Part shown: in pieces, positions 39,470 through 48,123 of the stretch
How positions within the stretch are numbered: the first letter of the stretch is position 1
Layout: every line of letters begins with the position of its first letter
Source of the DNA: Clostridiales bacterium
Lineage (GTDB): Bacteria > Bacillota > Clostridia > Lachnospirales > Lachnospiraceae
DNA: 57,125 bases
Reading direction: 5' to 3'
Assembly: GCA_021205085.1 (NCBI GenBank)
Contig: JAJPYF010000003.1
Location: 1 to 57,125, forward strand
Translations under genes and position numbers: made by a program
Notes under the pieces: generated by a model
The model's input: only the letters and a program-made list of their open reading frames with translations
Databases searched by the model: none
Told to the model about the DNA's origin: nothing

Positions 39470-41067
39470 CAGTTTATCCTTCTCAGATATTCCACGTATT
39501 CCTTGCAAAGCTTCATCTGGTCACGGCCGAACAGGCGGTCCAGATAGGTTTCAAACTTGACAAGGTCGTCCTTCATAAATCCCAGATTCAGCGACTCAAA
39601 CTTGCGGAGCACCTTTTTCGCCACAATAAAGTCCACCGCTGCCGTCTCGGTCCCGCCGCAGGCGATGTAGCAGGGAACGAAATCACGGATCTGCTTGATC
39701 ACACGGTTTCCGAAGGCCAGCTTAAACTCGCGGACCAGATACGCGTTCAGGTCGTCCATCTTTTTCTCCATCTCCTCCGTCACCGAATACGATGCCTTCG
39801 CCTCGTCGAAGAGGGCGTTTAAGTGATCGGTGGAAACGCGGATCGACGGCGTCTGCCCAGCCTCAAACGGATCCGCACGGCTGTCCAGATCGATGGGGAT
39901 TGCACGGTCATAGACCTTATCCGCCACCGCAAACGTGGAATCGTCGTTGTTGATCGTTCCGACAAACCAGATATTGTTCGGAATCGGAATCACGCCGTCG
40001 TTGATCAGGCAGGGATCGTTGTCCCATGTCGCCGTGACGATGTCGATCTTCCATTCCTCCTGCCGCGGCATTTCCAAAATGGAAAGCATCTCCGCGAAAT
40101 AGTACTCCACGCGGGCGATGTTCATCTCGTCCAGAATCACCATATGCGGATCGCGGTAATAATTCGCCTCATATACAGCGCGCAGAAAATCCGTCTCGGA
40201 ATACTTTTTGGTAAACTCGTTGAAGTATCCGTAGAGCTCCGTCCGCTCACGCCATGCAGGCTGTACCGAGACAACCGTTGCGTCACTATTTACAAAACGG
40301 CCGAACGCATAGGGAAGACTCGTCTTACCGGTACCGGAAATACCCTGAAGGATGATGATTCGCGCTGTTCCCAGAGAAGCCACAAAGTTTCGTATCAGAT
40401 CAAGTTCATAGTACAGATGAAGCTCGGAAGCGGCGTAGGCACGCAGCTGCTCGCAGAATCCGGCGAGCGTCACTGTATCGTCGTAGACCGGCGGCGTGTA
40501 GGAGGTCTTGTAGAAATTGTCCACCGTGGTCAGCCGGAAAAAACGGCTGTCCTCCGGGTTCACACAGGGAGACTCGATGGTATTGCGGTTTCCCTCCGGG
40601 GGAAGGACCTCCCCGTCCTCATCAACCGCCGCGCCGCTCTCTCTGGCCAGCTGTTCCTTGATCTTATCCGGGCTGCCGCCCAGCTCCTCCAGACGCATGT
40701 TCAGCAGCCGGTCCTTCTCGTAGTTTGCGCGGAGGACATCACGCTGAAGCTCCTGCACCCGCTTCGCCATCATATTGTATTCCTTCGCCTGCACCCGGAA
40801 CCGCAGGCGGGGTTTAATGAATCTCACAAAAATGATGATGATCAGAATCAGGATCACGACAAGCGAAATATTCGCGATCAGCAGCATGATCCAGTCCAGC
40901 GTGTTGAAGGAATCGTCATACGCCTCGATGATCTCCATGCGCATCGGGAAATTCAAAAGGTAATTCAGGAAATTGAAAAAGGCTACAAAAATGTCGGCGA
41001 AGGCGCGCAGCACACGGCCGAAATCCTGAAAAAAATATGTTAAAAAACCGTCCATGGGCTGTGCCAC
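39469..41067 (-). CDS. McrB-like AAA+ NTPase with N-terminal membrane segments and coiled coil
   Basis: Walker A GISGTGKT, VQPAW, Walker B ILDEMNIARVEYYFA, McrB-type signature GTINNDDST, KVYDRA, FGNR. Hydrophobic N-terminal helix WIMLLIANISLVVILILIIIIFV. Confidence 0.88.
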   Translation of the reverse strand: MAQPMDGFLTYFFQDFGRVLRAFADIFVAFFNFLNYLLNFPMRMEIIEAYDDSFNTLDWIMLLIANISLVVILILIIIIFVRFIKPRLRFRVQAKEYNMMAKRVQELQRDVLRANYEKDRLLNMRLEELGGSPDKIKEQLARESGAAVDEDGEVLPPEGNRNTIESPCVNPEDSRFFRLTTVDNFYKTSYTPPVYDDTVTLAGFCEQLRAYAASELHLYYELDLIRNFVASLGTARIIILQGISGTGKTSLPYAFGRFVNSDATVVSVQPAWRERTELYGYFNEFTKKYSETDFLRAVYEANYYRDPHMVILDEMNIARVEYYFAEMLSILEMPRQEEWKIDIVTATWDNDPCLINDGVIPIPNNIWFVGTINNDDSTFAVADKVYDRAIPIDLDSRADPFEAGQTPSIRVSTDHLNALFDEAKASYSVTEEMEKKMDDLNAYLVREFKLAFGNRVIKQIRDFVPCYIACGGTETAAVDFIVAKKVLRKFESLNLGFMKDDLVKFETYLDRLFGRDQMKLCKEYVEYLRRIN

Positions 41068-41088
41068 CTCCTTTCAGAATAAAAATAT

Positions 41089-42126
41089 TTATGATTCTTC
41101 GGTCTCCGCCGCCGGTTCAGGCTTTTCCTCTTCCGCCGCAGCTTCCGGCTCCGGTTCTGCAGCAGGTTCCGGCTCCGCGGCCGCAACAGGCTCCGCGGCC
41201 GCAACAGGCTCCGCTTCCGGTTTCGCCTCTGCTGCGGTCTCCGGTTTCGCTTCCGGTTTCGCCTCCGCATCGGCTTTCCCGTCTTCCGCGATGACTTTGG
41301 CCTGCTCCGCCAGCATCTCACGGAGGATCTTCTCGCGCACCTCCGCCTCGATGGCTGCGCGCTGCTTCTGCTGCTCCTCCTCGATCGTGCGCTTGCGCTG
41401 TTCGAGGACTTCCTCTGTATTGCCGCGCTCCTGTTCATATTTCAGCCGGTTCTTCACATTCTGGTACTCGAAGAGCACGCGGAAGAACTGGATCAGCTGA
41501 TACACGAAAAATGCCGCAACCGGGATCACGATGACAATCAGGAATCCCGTGCTCGTCTGCAGGTAATCGAAGACCTTGCCGAGGCCTCCGATCCGACCGA
41601 CATACTGTCCCACGACCTCGGACTCATGAACCGTCAGGGAGTCAACATCCGAGTTGTTATCACCCTTTGTCTCAAAGATCAGATACCCGCCGCCGTCGTA
41701 AATCTGGTTGATTCTATGGGTATTCAGTACCCGCTCGCCGTCGATCACCGTCCAGTAGGTAACGATGTCTCCCACCTCAAGCGTTGAGGTATCCTTGATG
41801 GTGTGTCCGACAATCAGATCGCCCGATTTGAGTGTCGGGTACATGGAATCCGTCTGGATGGAGAAGAATTCCACGCCGAAGAGATTCGGAACTCCGTTTC
41901 CGGATGTCGACACAAAGGACACATACGTGCAGAACACCGCCAGAGCGATCGCCACGACCATGATGACATTCAGGATCACACTGATGGCCCGCCTCGCCGG
42001 ACCCTTCTTCTTTTCCGGCTCCTCCCCGGCCTCCAGTTCATCCACCGCTGCCGTGATCGCCGCGCTGTCCGCTACCCCGGCACTCTCCGGCGCATATGCC
42101 TCTTGTTTCTTATTGCGCTGTCTCAT
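41089..42126 (-). CDS. sipW: signal peptidase I, SipW/ER-type (S26B), copy 1, with cytoplasmic coiled-coil and AEP-rich tail
   Basis: IQTDSMYPT, THRI, ETKGDNN; two TM helices; EAKPE/AEPVAA tail. Confidence 0.9.
   Translation of the reverse strand: MRQRNKKQEAYAPESAGVADSAAITAAVDELEAGEEPEKKKGPARRAISVILNVIMVVAIALAVFCTYVSFVSTSGNGVPNLFGVEFFSIQTDSMYPTLKSGDLIVGHTIKDTSTLEVGDIVTYWTVIDGERVLNTHRINQIYDGGGYLIFETKGDNNSDVDSLTVHESEVVGQYVGRIGGLGKVFDYLQTSTGFLIVIVIPVAAFFVYQLIQFFRVLFEYQNVKNRLKYEQERGNTEEVLEQRKRTIEEEQQKQRAAIEAEVREKILREMLAEQAKVIAEDGKADAEAKPEAKPETAAEAKPEAEPVAAAEPVAAAEPEPAAEPEPEAAAEEEKPEPAAETEES
41171..41214. repeat. 18-bp tandem repeat (about 2.4 copies) in the SipW tail
   Basis: GGCTCCGCGGCCGCAACA x2 plus GGCTCCGC; encodes AEPVAA repeats. 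Confidence 0.85.
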
Positions 42127-42266
42127 AAGCTTTACTCCCTTTTCCTTATTTTTTATCTATCGCAAAATCATATATTTACGCTTTGACCTGCGCATGATCT
42201 GTACAGTCCGCTGCGATATTTTCTTTGTCAGAAATTCTTTTTCAAACCATTTTTCATTCCGGCCGT

Positions 42267-43268
42267 CTACTCGATCGGCACAAGACCGGTGCGTCCCTCA
42301 TAGTCAGTGCTGAACTGAAGGTTCGCAAACAGCCGGGCCTCCTGCCCGATGGCGTTCGTGCAGTCCACATCCTGTCCCTCCAGCCAGATATAGATATCGA
42401 TCTGCATGATCTCATCCACATCCAGATCAAAGAGCCATGTCTCTCCCGTAAATTCGCCCATGTCATAGACGACCGCTGTCCGCTGTACGGGGTCCGCCTC
42501 GCTCCAGCTGGAGACGGTCTGCGTAAACAGCCGATTCTCCTCCACCAGCGTCGATGTCCCGTCGATCGACGCGGTATCCACATAGCCGGTGGTGCCGTCC
42601 GCATGCCCATCGCAGTTGGGCTCATAGATATAAAATGTACTTCCCTCTCCCGTCTCGGCACCGGTCTCGTCCACCGGAGTGATACGAAGACCGATCCGGA
42701 CGGCGTATTGAGCGCCGCTTCCGGCGTCATCATGCAGAAGCCTCTCGCTGTTCCAGTCGGCTGTTCCGACCAGATACGTGCCCGCACCGCTTCCGCCTTC
42801 ATTCGCCACAGCCGCGGGCGAGAGCGAGACACTGGCTGCGGTATCTGTTCGGGCATAAATTGTGCCCATTGTGTAATATCCGTCTGTACCGTCGACATTC
42901 GCGTTTACGGCGTCAGACAATTCCATATAACCCGCGATCCGGCCGTCAAGGCCGTACCGCACGGCGTAGAAGCACCCATCGTCATCCGACCAGGTGCAGG
43001 GCTTTAAGGGGGATGTCTCCGTGACCAGGTCAAGGAAATCCACCTGCTGCCCCCACTCCTCGCTGTCCGCGGAAGTGGCAATCTCCAGCCCGCTGGGGCT
43101 GTTGATGTAAATGTCAAGGTCACTGACCCTGGGTCTTGTACTCAGGAAAAACCATGTGTAGGAAGCCACTACCAACAGAATTGCAAGAACAACTACCAGC
43201 ATGACCTTATAAAAAACTTTGCCGGATCTCTGCTTTGTCCCCCGATCCCTGCTCTCCTGCTGCAACAT
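42267..43268 (-). CDS. SipW-type-signal minor subunit (WLEGxDxDC family)
   Basis: ASYT|WFFLSTRPRVSDL signal; GLEIA; YGLDGR; IYEPNCD; YIWLEGQDVDC...ANLQFS; RBS AAGGAGG. Confidence 0.8.
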   Translation of the reverse strand: MLQQESRDRGTKQRSGKVFYKVMLVVVLAILLVVASYTWFFLSTRPRVSDLDIYINSPSGLEIATSADSEEWGQQVDFLDLVTETSPLKPCTWSDDDGCFYAVRYGLDGRIAGYMELSDAVNANVDGTDGYYTMGTIYARTDTAASVSLSPAAVANEGGSGAGTYLVGTADWNSERLLHDDAGSGAQYAVRIGLRITPVDETGAETGEGSTFYIYEPNCDGHADGTTGYVDTASIDGTSTLVEENRLFTQTVSSWSEADPVQRTAVVYDMGEFTGETWLFDLDVDEIMQIDIYIWLEGQDVDCTNAIGQEARLFANLQFSTDYEGRTGLVPIE

Positions 43269-43285
43269 GCAACCTCCTTACCAAT

Positions 43286-43321
43286 ACGCGCGGGCAGACG
43301 TGAAAGGCGTCTGCCGCGCGT
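43286..43321 (-). promoter_or_regulatory. strong GC-rich intergenic stem-loop without a U-tract (mRNA-stabilising or attenuating)
   Basis: ACGCGC-G-GGCAGACG/TGAAAGG/CGTCTGCC-GCGCGT: 14 bp with one bulge. On the coding strand it is followed by ATTGGT and the next RBS. Confidence 0.7.
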
Positions 43322-43362
43322 TTGAATCAGTCATCCTGTAGCACTATTTGTCATCCGAAACA

Positions 43363-45306
43363 TCAATCACCTGATGCAGTCGTTGTTGTGGTCATCGGCG
43401 TAAGCTCCGCGGAGGAAGCGAACTGCAGATTCAGCGTTCCGGTGAGGGAAGTGCCGTCAGCAGCCACATCGCCGTTGTCCACAGCATCGCCGTCCAGATA
43501 AACATAGACGCTCACCTGTGTCTCCACATTCTGTGACAGTGAAGTGAGACTCTGCTCGCTCATTTTGTCTTTGATTACCAGTGCGCCATTGTTCACCTCA
43601 TAGTCTTTCAGCGTGATGTAACCGTCATTATCGACCGTCGCAACGCCGAGGAGGTTTCCTGCGGAATCCACGAAGGCCACGCGAATCGCGCTCAGCAGAG
43701 ACTGCGCCGCATCATCTGAGACATTCTGCTTTGTCTCATCGATCACGAATGTGCTGCCTGTGCCCTCTGTCGCAGTGTCACCGCTTACACGGTTCGCCGC
43801 CTCCGTCTGGAGCAGCAGCTTGGAGCTGGACGCGTTGGTGCGGACAGCCAGGTCGATCCGGTATGCATACAGGTCTGTCAGCGTCGTCACGGTTGCACCT
43901 GCCGCATCATATGAGGAGGTCGGCATTGCTGCGCTGATCGTCGCATAAGACGTGGTAGCAGCATTTGCCTGCTGTGCGGTCAGCGTCATACTAATACCAC
44001 TCACCGTAGCGCCGCCGTAAGAAATGCTGACGCCCACGCTTGCTTGATAAGTACCGGCATAGGTGGCGATATCCGCAAGCAGACCCTTGGTGACAACAAT
44101 AGTAGGATTATTAAAAATCGCAGTTCCAACTGCGCCGTCACCGTCAGTATCACGGAGGTCTAAAATTTCATCCACAGTCATGTCGGCCACAGTTACACTA
44201 TCTGTATCCATGATGTAGGTGAGTACAGACTTGATCTCGGTCCAGCTGTATTCACCCGTAGAATTATCTGCCTCAACAGTAGCGATAGCGACCTCCGCGT
44301 TGGTGATTGATGTCTGCATACCCGTGACTGCCGTGATGTAATCTGACAGGCCGGTAGCACTCACCTCGGTGCCTTTCACGCTCACAGTACCTCCGGAGAA
44401 CGTAACATCATTCACCGTCAGATCTGTATAGCTGTCGCCTTCACCCTGCAGATATGCGATCACCGCGTACTTCAATGACGCCTCGACATCATCGACCGCC
44501 GTTCCCAGCGCAGTCACCATACCGGTCACATTGCTCCAGTCTGTCGAATCAAAGGTGGCAGATGATGAATTGATGCCATAGTTCACGATGATGTCCGCAA
44601 GGCCTGAACCGTATGTAGAGATCGCGCTCTTCGCCACGCTCTGTGCCGCGTTCTTATTGCTCCTGAAAGAGGAGAGCGCGGAGTTGAGTGCTACCGTACC
44701 GGCGGTCATGTCGGAGGATGTTCCGATTCCCATGACTCCGTACTGGTTGCTATCCACGGTAAAGCCGGTACCTGCCGTCACTGTGCTACTTTGATTGCCT
44801 TTCTCAACATCATCGTAGTACTTACCGACCGATGTGTTGGCCTTCAATGTCGTGACGCGGCCGTCTGTTCCATACTCTGCTGTCAGCAGCGGAGATGTGG
44901 AATCACTCAGATAATAACCGTTCGTTGCGTCACCCACGAGATTCAGCCGTGCCGGATAGAGGGTGACCTTTTCCAGGCCATAGCTAGCCGATGACAGATC
45001 CACCAGGTTACCCCAGGTGGTGTTTGAATAGTCCGCTGTACCGGTTGCTGCACTGGAATCGCCCACAGCTGAGGAGATCGTGCTCATGTTAGTATCTCCC
45101 GTCGCATCCGTCAGCAGCGCGATCTCCAGACTGCCGTTCGATCCAACGGTTGTCGTCATGCCGGATACTTCCGGCGCCGTCGACAGGGTAAACCATGCGT
45201 AGGTTGCGCTGACTACCATGATCGCCGCGATCAGCACCATGGCCAGAGAGGCCATGAGCTTTTTCCTAACATCGAAATACCGAGTCTCAGTTTTTGATTT
45301 TTTCAT
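43363..45306 (-). CDS. probable major fibre subunit with SipW-type signal (core-only homolog of the giant paralogs)
   Basis: ORF 43363..45324; ATG 45306 follows AAGGAAGG. ATYA|WFTLSTAPEVSGM...NGSLEIAL...WGNLVDLS...YGTDGRV...IDLAVRTNA...YVYLDG...LNLQFASS, with no Ig-like extension. Confidence 0.8.
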   Translation of the reverse strand: MKKSKTETRYFDVRKKLMASLAMVLIAAIMVVSATYAWFTLSTAPEVSGMTTTVGSNGSLEIALLTDATGDTNMSTISSAVGDSSAATGTADYSNTTWGNLVDLSSASYGLEKVTLYPARLNLVGDATNGYYLSDSTSPLLTAEYGTDGRVTTLKANTSVGKYYDDVEKGNQSSTVTAGTGFTVDSNQYGVMGIGTSSDMTAGTVALNSALSSFRSNKNAAQSVAKSAISTYGSGLADIIVNYGINSSSATFDSTDWSNVTGMVTALGTAVDDVEASLKYAVIAYLQGEGDSYTDLTVNDVTFSGGTVSVKGTEVSATGLSDYITAVTGMQTSITNAEVAIATVEADNSTGEYSWTEIKSVLTYIMDTDSVTVADMTVDEILDLRDTDGDGAVGTAIFNNPTIVVTKGLLADIATYAGTYQASVGVSISYGGATVSGISMTLTAQQANAATTSYATISAAMPTSSYDAAGATVTTLTDLYAYRIDLAVRTNASSSKLLLQTEAANRVSGDTATEGTGSTFVIDETKQNVSDDAAQSLLSAIRVAFVDSAGNLLGVATVDNDGYITLKDYEVNNGALVIKDKMSEQSLTSLSQNVETQVSVYVYLDGDAVDNGDVAADGTSLTGTLNLQFASSAELTPMTTTTTASGD

Positions 45307-45330
45307 AACCATCCTTCCTTTCATTTTATT

Positions 45331-45403
45331 TGCTCAGATTTTACTCTGAGCAGGATTGGTTTTATATGAATCGGCATCCGGGGACGGGGGATCCCCGCAC
45401 GCC
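45331..45403 (-). promoter_or_regulatory. two stem-loops upstream of the probable major subunit
   Basis: Perfect 8-bp inverted repeat TGCTCAGA-TTTTAC-TCTGAGCA (45331-45352) and a CGGGGA/TCCCCG hairpin near 45379-45397. Confidence 0.55.
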
Positions 45404-45418
45404 AAATACATATCCTTT

Positions 45419-46543
45419 TCAGCCATTCCACCATTTCAGGTTGTCAAATATATTCTGGAACCATGTCCACCAGCCGCCGGATGTATTGCCGGAGCTGTCC
45501 TCGTCTCCGTCCTCCGTCACAAGGCTGAACTGCATGTTGAGCCCCAGATGCCCGCCGATCAGATCGTCCGTGCAGTCCGGGTCGTCGCCCTCCAGCCACA
45601 CCACCACAGTGTAGCGGTGGACATCTCCGGGCAGGACGCCGTCCATGCCGCCGGTCGCCACGACCGTGTCGGAGACGAAATCATACGGGATCACGCGGTA
45701 ATAGCTCACAGACCCGCTCGTCGCGATGACCTCATACTGGTCATCGGGCGCCGCCGAATACTGAATCAGGGGCGCATCCAGATATCCCACATTGTTGACA
45801 CTCTTCGCGGGCAGGCACTCTGTCTCGCCGTTTTCGTTCACTTTCGCGTAGAAGGCCATCTCGCCGTCCTCGAAAATCATCACCCAGACGGCCTCGGAGA
45901 GGCTCTGCTCCTCGGAGTTGATATCCACTTCCCAGCGGTAACTCATCTCACTGTCATCCTCCGCCTCATAGCGGAGAAAGAATGTGTAGGCAAAATAATC
46001 AGCGTTGTGCTCCCCGTAATAACCGGTATCGATATCATCCTCAAAAAAGGAGATCGAATACTCCGGAACATCCGTAGCGGGCAATGCTGTCAATGCGGAA
46101 GACTGTGTCTCAAAATCCGGTGTCTCACTCAGGGCAATTCCCTCTTTAAAGAGCCCGTCCGTGAGATTGATGGTAAAATAACCTCTCATCTGCGAGATCA
46201 CGGAGATCAGAGCCAGCGCTCCGAGCAAAGCCAGCGCCGCACCGAGGAGCGCCCACAGTCCGCGCCCGGACAGGAACCAGAAAAAAGCTCCCAGCCGGTT
46301 CCTGTCGAAGTACAACCCCAGGCTTGACGCGGTCGTCTCGAACTCCTTCCGGCTTCGGATGCCGCGCGCGCGCATCTCCTTTCGGAGCGCTTTCCTGCCA
46401 GCCTTGATCTCCCGCACCTGCGTTCTGGTGAGCTCCGTGCTGGCACGCTTTTTCTTAAATATTCGCCTCTGCTGGTCGGAGTTCGCCGCGGTCTTCTGCT
46501 GTTTGTGTAAGCGGCCGCCCTTTTCCTTCTTCTCATCGCTCAT
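45419..46543 (-). CDS. membrane-anchored subunit-like protein (VWLEGDDPDC family) lacking a cleavable SipW motif
   Basis: Long basic N-terminus, hydrophobic segment, then YFAYTFFLR...YTVVVWLEGDDPDC...LNMQFS. ATGA overlap with the upstream gene. Confidence 0.7.
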   Translation of the reverse strand: MSDEKKEKGGRLHKQQKTAANSDQQRRIFKKKRASTELTRTQVREIKAGRKALRKEMRARGIRSRKEFETTASSLGLYFDRNRLGAFFWFLSGRGLWALLGAALALLGALALISVISQMRGYFTINLTDGLFKEGIALSETPDFETQSSALTALPATDVPEYSISFFEDDIDTGYYGEHNADYFAYTFFLRYEAEDDSEMSYRWEVDINSEEQSLSEAVWVMIFEDGEMAFYAKVNENGETECLPAKSVNNVGYLDAPLIQYSAAPDDQYEVIATSGSVSYYRVIPYDFVSDTVVATGGMDGVLPGDVHRYTVVVWLEGDDPDCTDDLIGGHLGLNMQFSLVTEDGDEDSSGNTSGGWWTWFQNIFDNLKWWNG

Positions 46544-47994
46544 AGGCTCTGCTCCCGAATCAGGCTGGTGCGGATCATCTCATCCTCTTCCATCAGCGGT
46601 CCGGTCAGCGTGCCGCTGACATAGGAGACGCCGCTGCCCAGCTGCCATTCCAGACTCTCCGCGGTGTCCGCGCCTCCTCCGATGAAGTGAAATCCCTGCC
46701 GCCGCAGGACGGTGATGGCATTCGCGGTCTCCTGCGAGCCGATCAGCTCCGGCGCAAGGCGAAGCCAGGTAAATCCATAGTCCTTCAGCTGCTCTGCGCT
46801 CATCTGTTTCGGATGGAAGCCATCCAGGACAAGCGCGAAGCCCTCTTTTATGTAGGTGCGGACAATATCCGGCGCGTGGCTGTCCTCCTCGAACAGCGCA
46901 GCCTCCGGGATCGTCACATAGAACATATCCCGCGGGATCCCCTCATTCTCACAGAGCTTCACCAGCCGGGGCAGCATGCTCTCGTGTGTGTAAAAATCGA
47001 TCGGAAGCCGCATAAGGAATGACTCGATCGAGAGCCCGCAGTTTTTCGCCCGGAGCGCCGCATCCGCCGCTTCGTAAAGCAGGTACAGGCAGGTATCGTA
47101 GAGAAGACCCGTCCGCAGGAGCAGATGCTCCGTCTCATCCAGATGAAGGTACTCCCTCGTGCCGTCCGGCTCCGTCTGGAACCACGGGGCGGCCTCAAAG
47201 GCGCGCACCTTCTTCTCCGGATCGATCATCGGCCGGTAGCAAAGCCCCATCGGCCGGCCCTCCCGCCTCTCAACGAGGGGGATCGTCTTCGGGATGGTGA
47301 GCGTGTAGTAGATGTACTTCTCATATACCTCACGGCACTTCTCCCGACTGTTTTTCAATATCTCAATCAGCACGGAGGACCAGAGAACGCCGGACTGCGC
47401 GATCAATGTCTCACAGGCCTCATCAAAGGGGTTCTCCGACCTGGTCTCCGAGGCCAGACGGTCCAGCTCGCGCGCCAGCCCCACGATCTGTCCGATCGGG
47501 CTGATCTGGTCGCCGGTCAGTCCCTCCGGATAACCGCTGCCGTCACAGCGCTCCATGTGCTGTCCGCAGGCCTCCCGTATCATCAGCCACGGGATATTCT
47601 TAGTTGGACGCTCCTTCTGGGTGTCCACCTTCTTTTTGCGGGCGCCCTTCTCCTGAAGCGCCGCCGCCAGCAGGCGTCCGTCCGAGGTGTACTTGCGGTA
47701 GACCGCCAGCTCCTCCGCGGTAAAATCATCCCGCCATTTCTGGTATTCCGGCGGCACAAGCGCCTTGCCGATCTGGTGGTAGAGGCCGCATTTGTAAGCG
47801 GTGTCCGCGTACTGTCCGCGGACGCGACCCTCCCACTCCCTGTTTTTCCTGCCGAAGCCGTCCTCACATGCCTGCACGTACAGCTCCCGCGTATAGTCCG
47901 CCACCCGCGCGGACTGCTGGCGGATCACAGGGGCAAGGCCGCGAAACGCTTCATCCCATGTACTGTATTCCATTCTCTGCCACGTCTCTGCCAT
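46540..47994 (-). CDS. degenerate HD-GYP plus EAL domain protein (putative c-di-GMP receptor)
   Basis: LYHQIGK (cf. LHDIGK), HMERCDGSGYPEGL, EAA (cf. EAL), LDGFHP (cf. DDFGTG), GGGADT (cf. AEGVET). Confidence 0.82.
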   Translation of the reverse strand: MAETWQRMEYSTWDEAFRGLAPVIRQQSARVADYTRELYVQACEDGFGRKNREWEGRVRGQYADTAYKCGLYHQIGKALVPPEYQKWRDDFTAEELAVYRKYTSDGRLLAAALQEKGARKKKVDTQKERPTKNIPWLMIREACGQHMERCDGSGYPEGLTGDQISPIGQIVGLARELDRLASETRSENPFDEACETLIAQSGVLWSSVLIEILKNSREKCREVYEKYIYYTLTIPKTIPLVERREGRPMGLCYRPMIDPEKKVRAFEAAPWFQTEPDGTREYLHLDETEHLLLRTGLLYDTCLYLLYEAADAALRAKNCGLSIESFLMRLPIDFYTHESMLPRLVKLCENEGIPRDMFYVTIPEAALFEEDSHAPDIVRTYIKEGFALVLDGFHPKQMSAEQLKDYGFTWLRLAPELIGSQETANAITVLRRQGFHFIGGGADTAESLEWQLGSGVSYVSGTLTGPLMEEDEMIRTSLIREQSL

Positions 47995-48123
47995 GCTCCC
48001 GTAATCCTTTCTTGCAAACTGTGTTCTCTATTCTGTCTCATCTTTCACATGCTGCCGATACAAAGCATCCGATTTACTCTGCATGTATCGTGTTTCTGCA
48101 TTCGTGCCTTCTCTACACTGCAC

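Noticed and set aside
37643-41067. Classical McrBC type IV restriction system
   Set aside because: The McrB-like protein has membrane segments instead of a DNA-binding domain, the partner shows no nuclease domain, and the context is surface-assembly genes.
31909-46543. Sortase-assembled or type IV pilus locus
   Set aside because: No sortase, LPxTG/YPKN motifs, class III (GFxxxE) signals, prepilin peptidase or PilB/PilT-type ATPase were seen.
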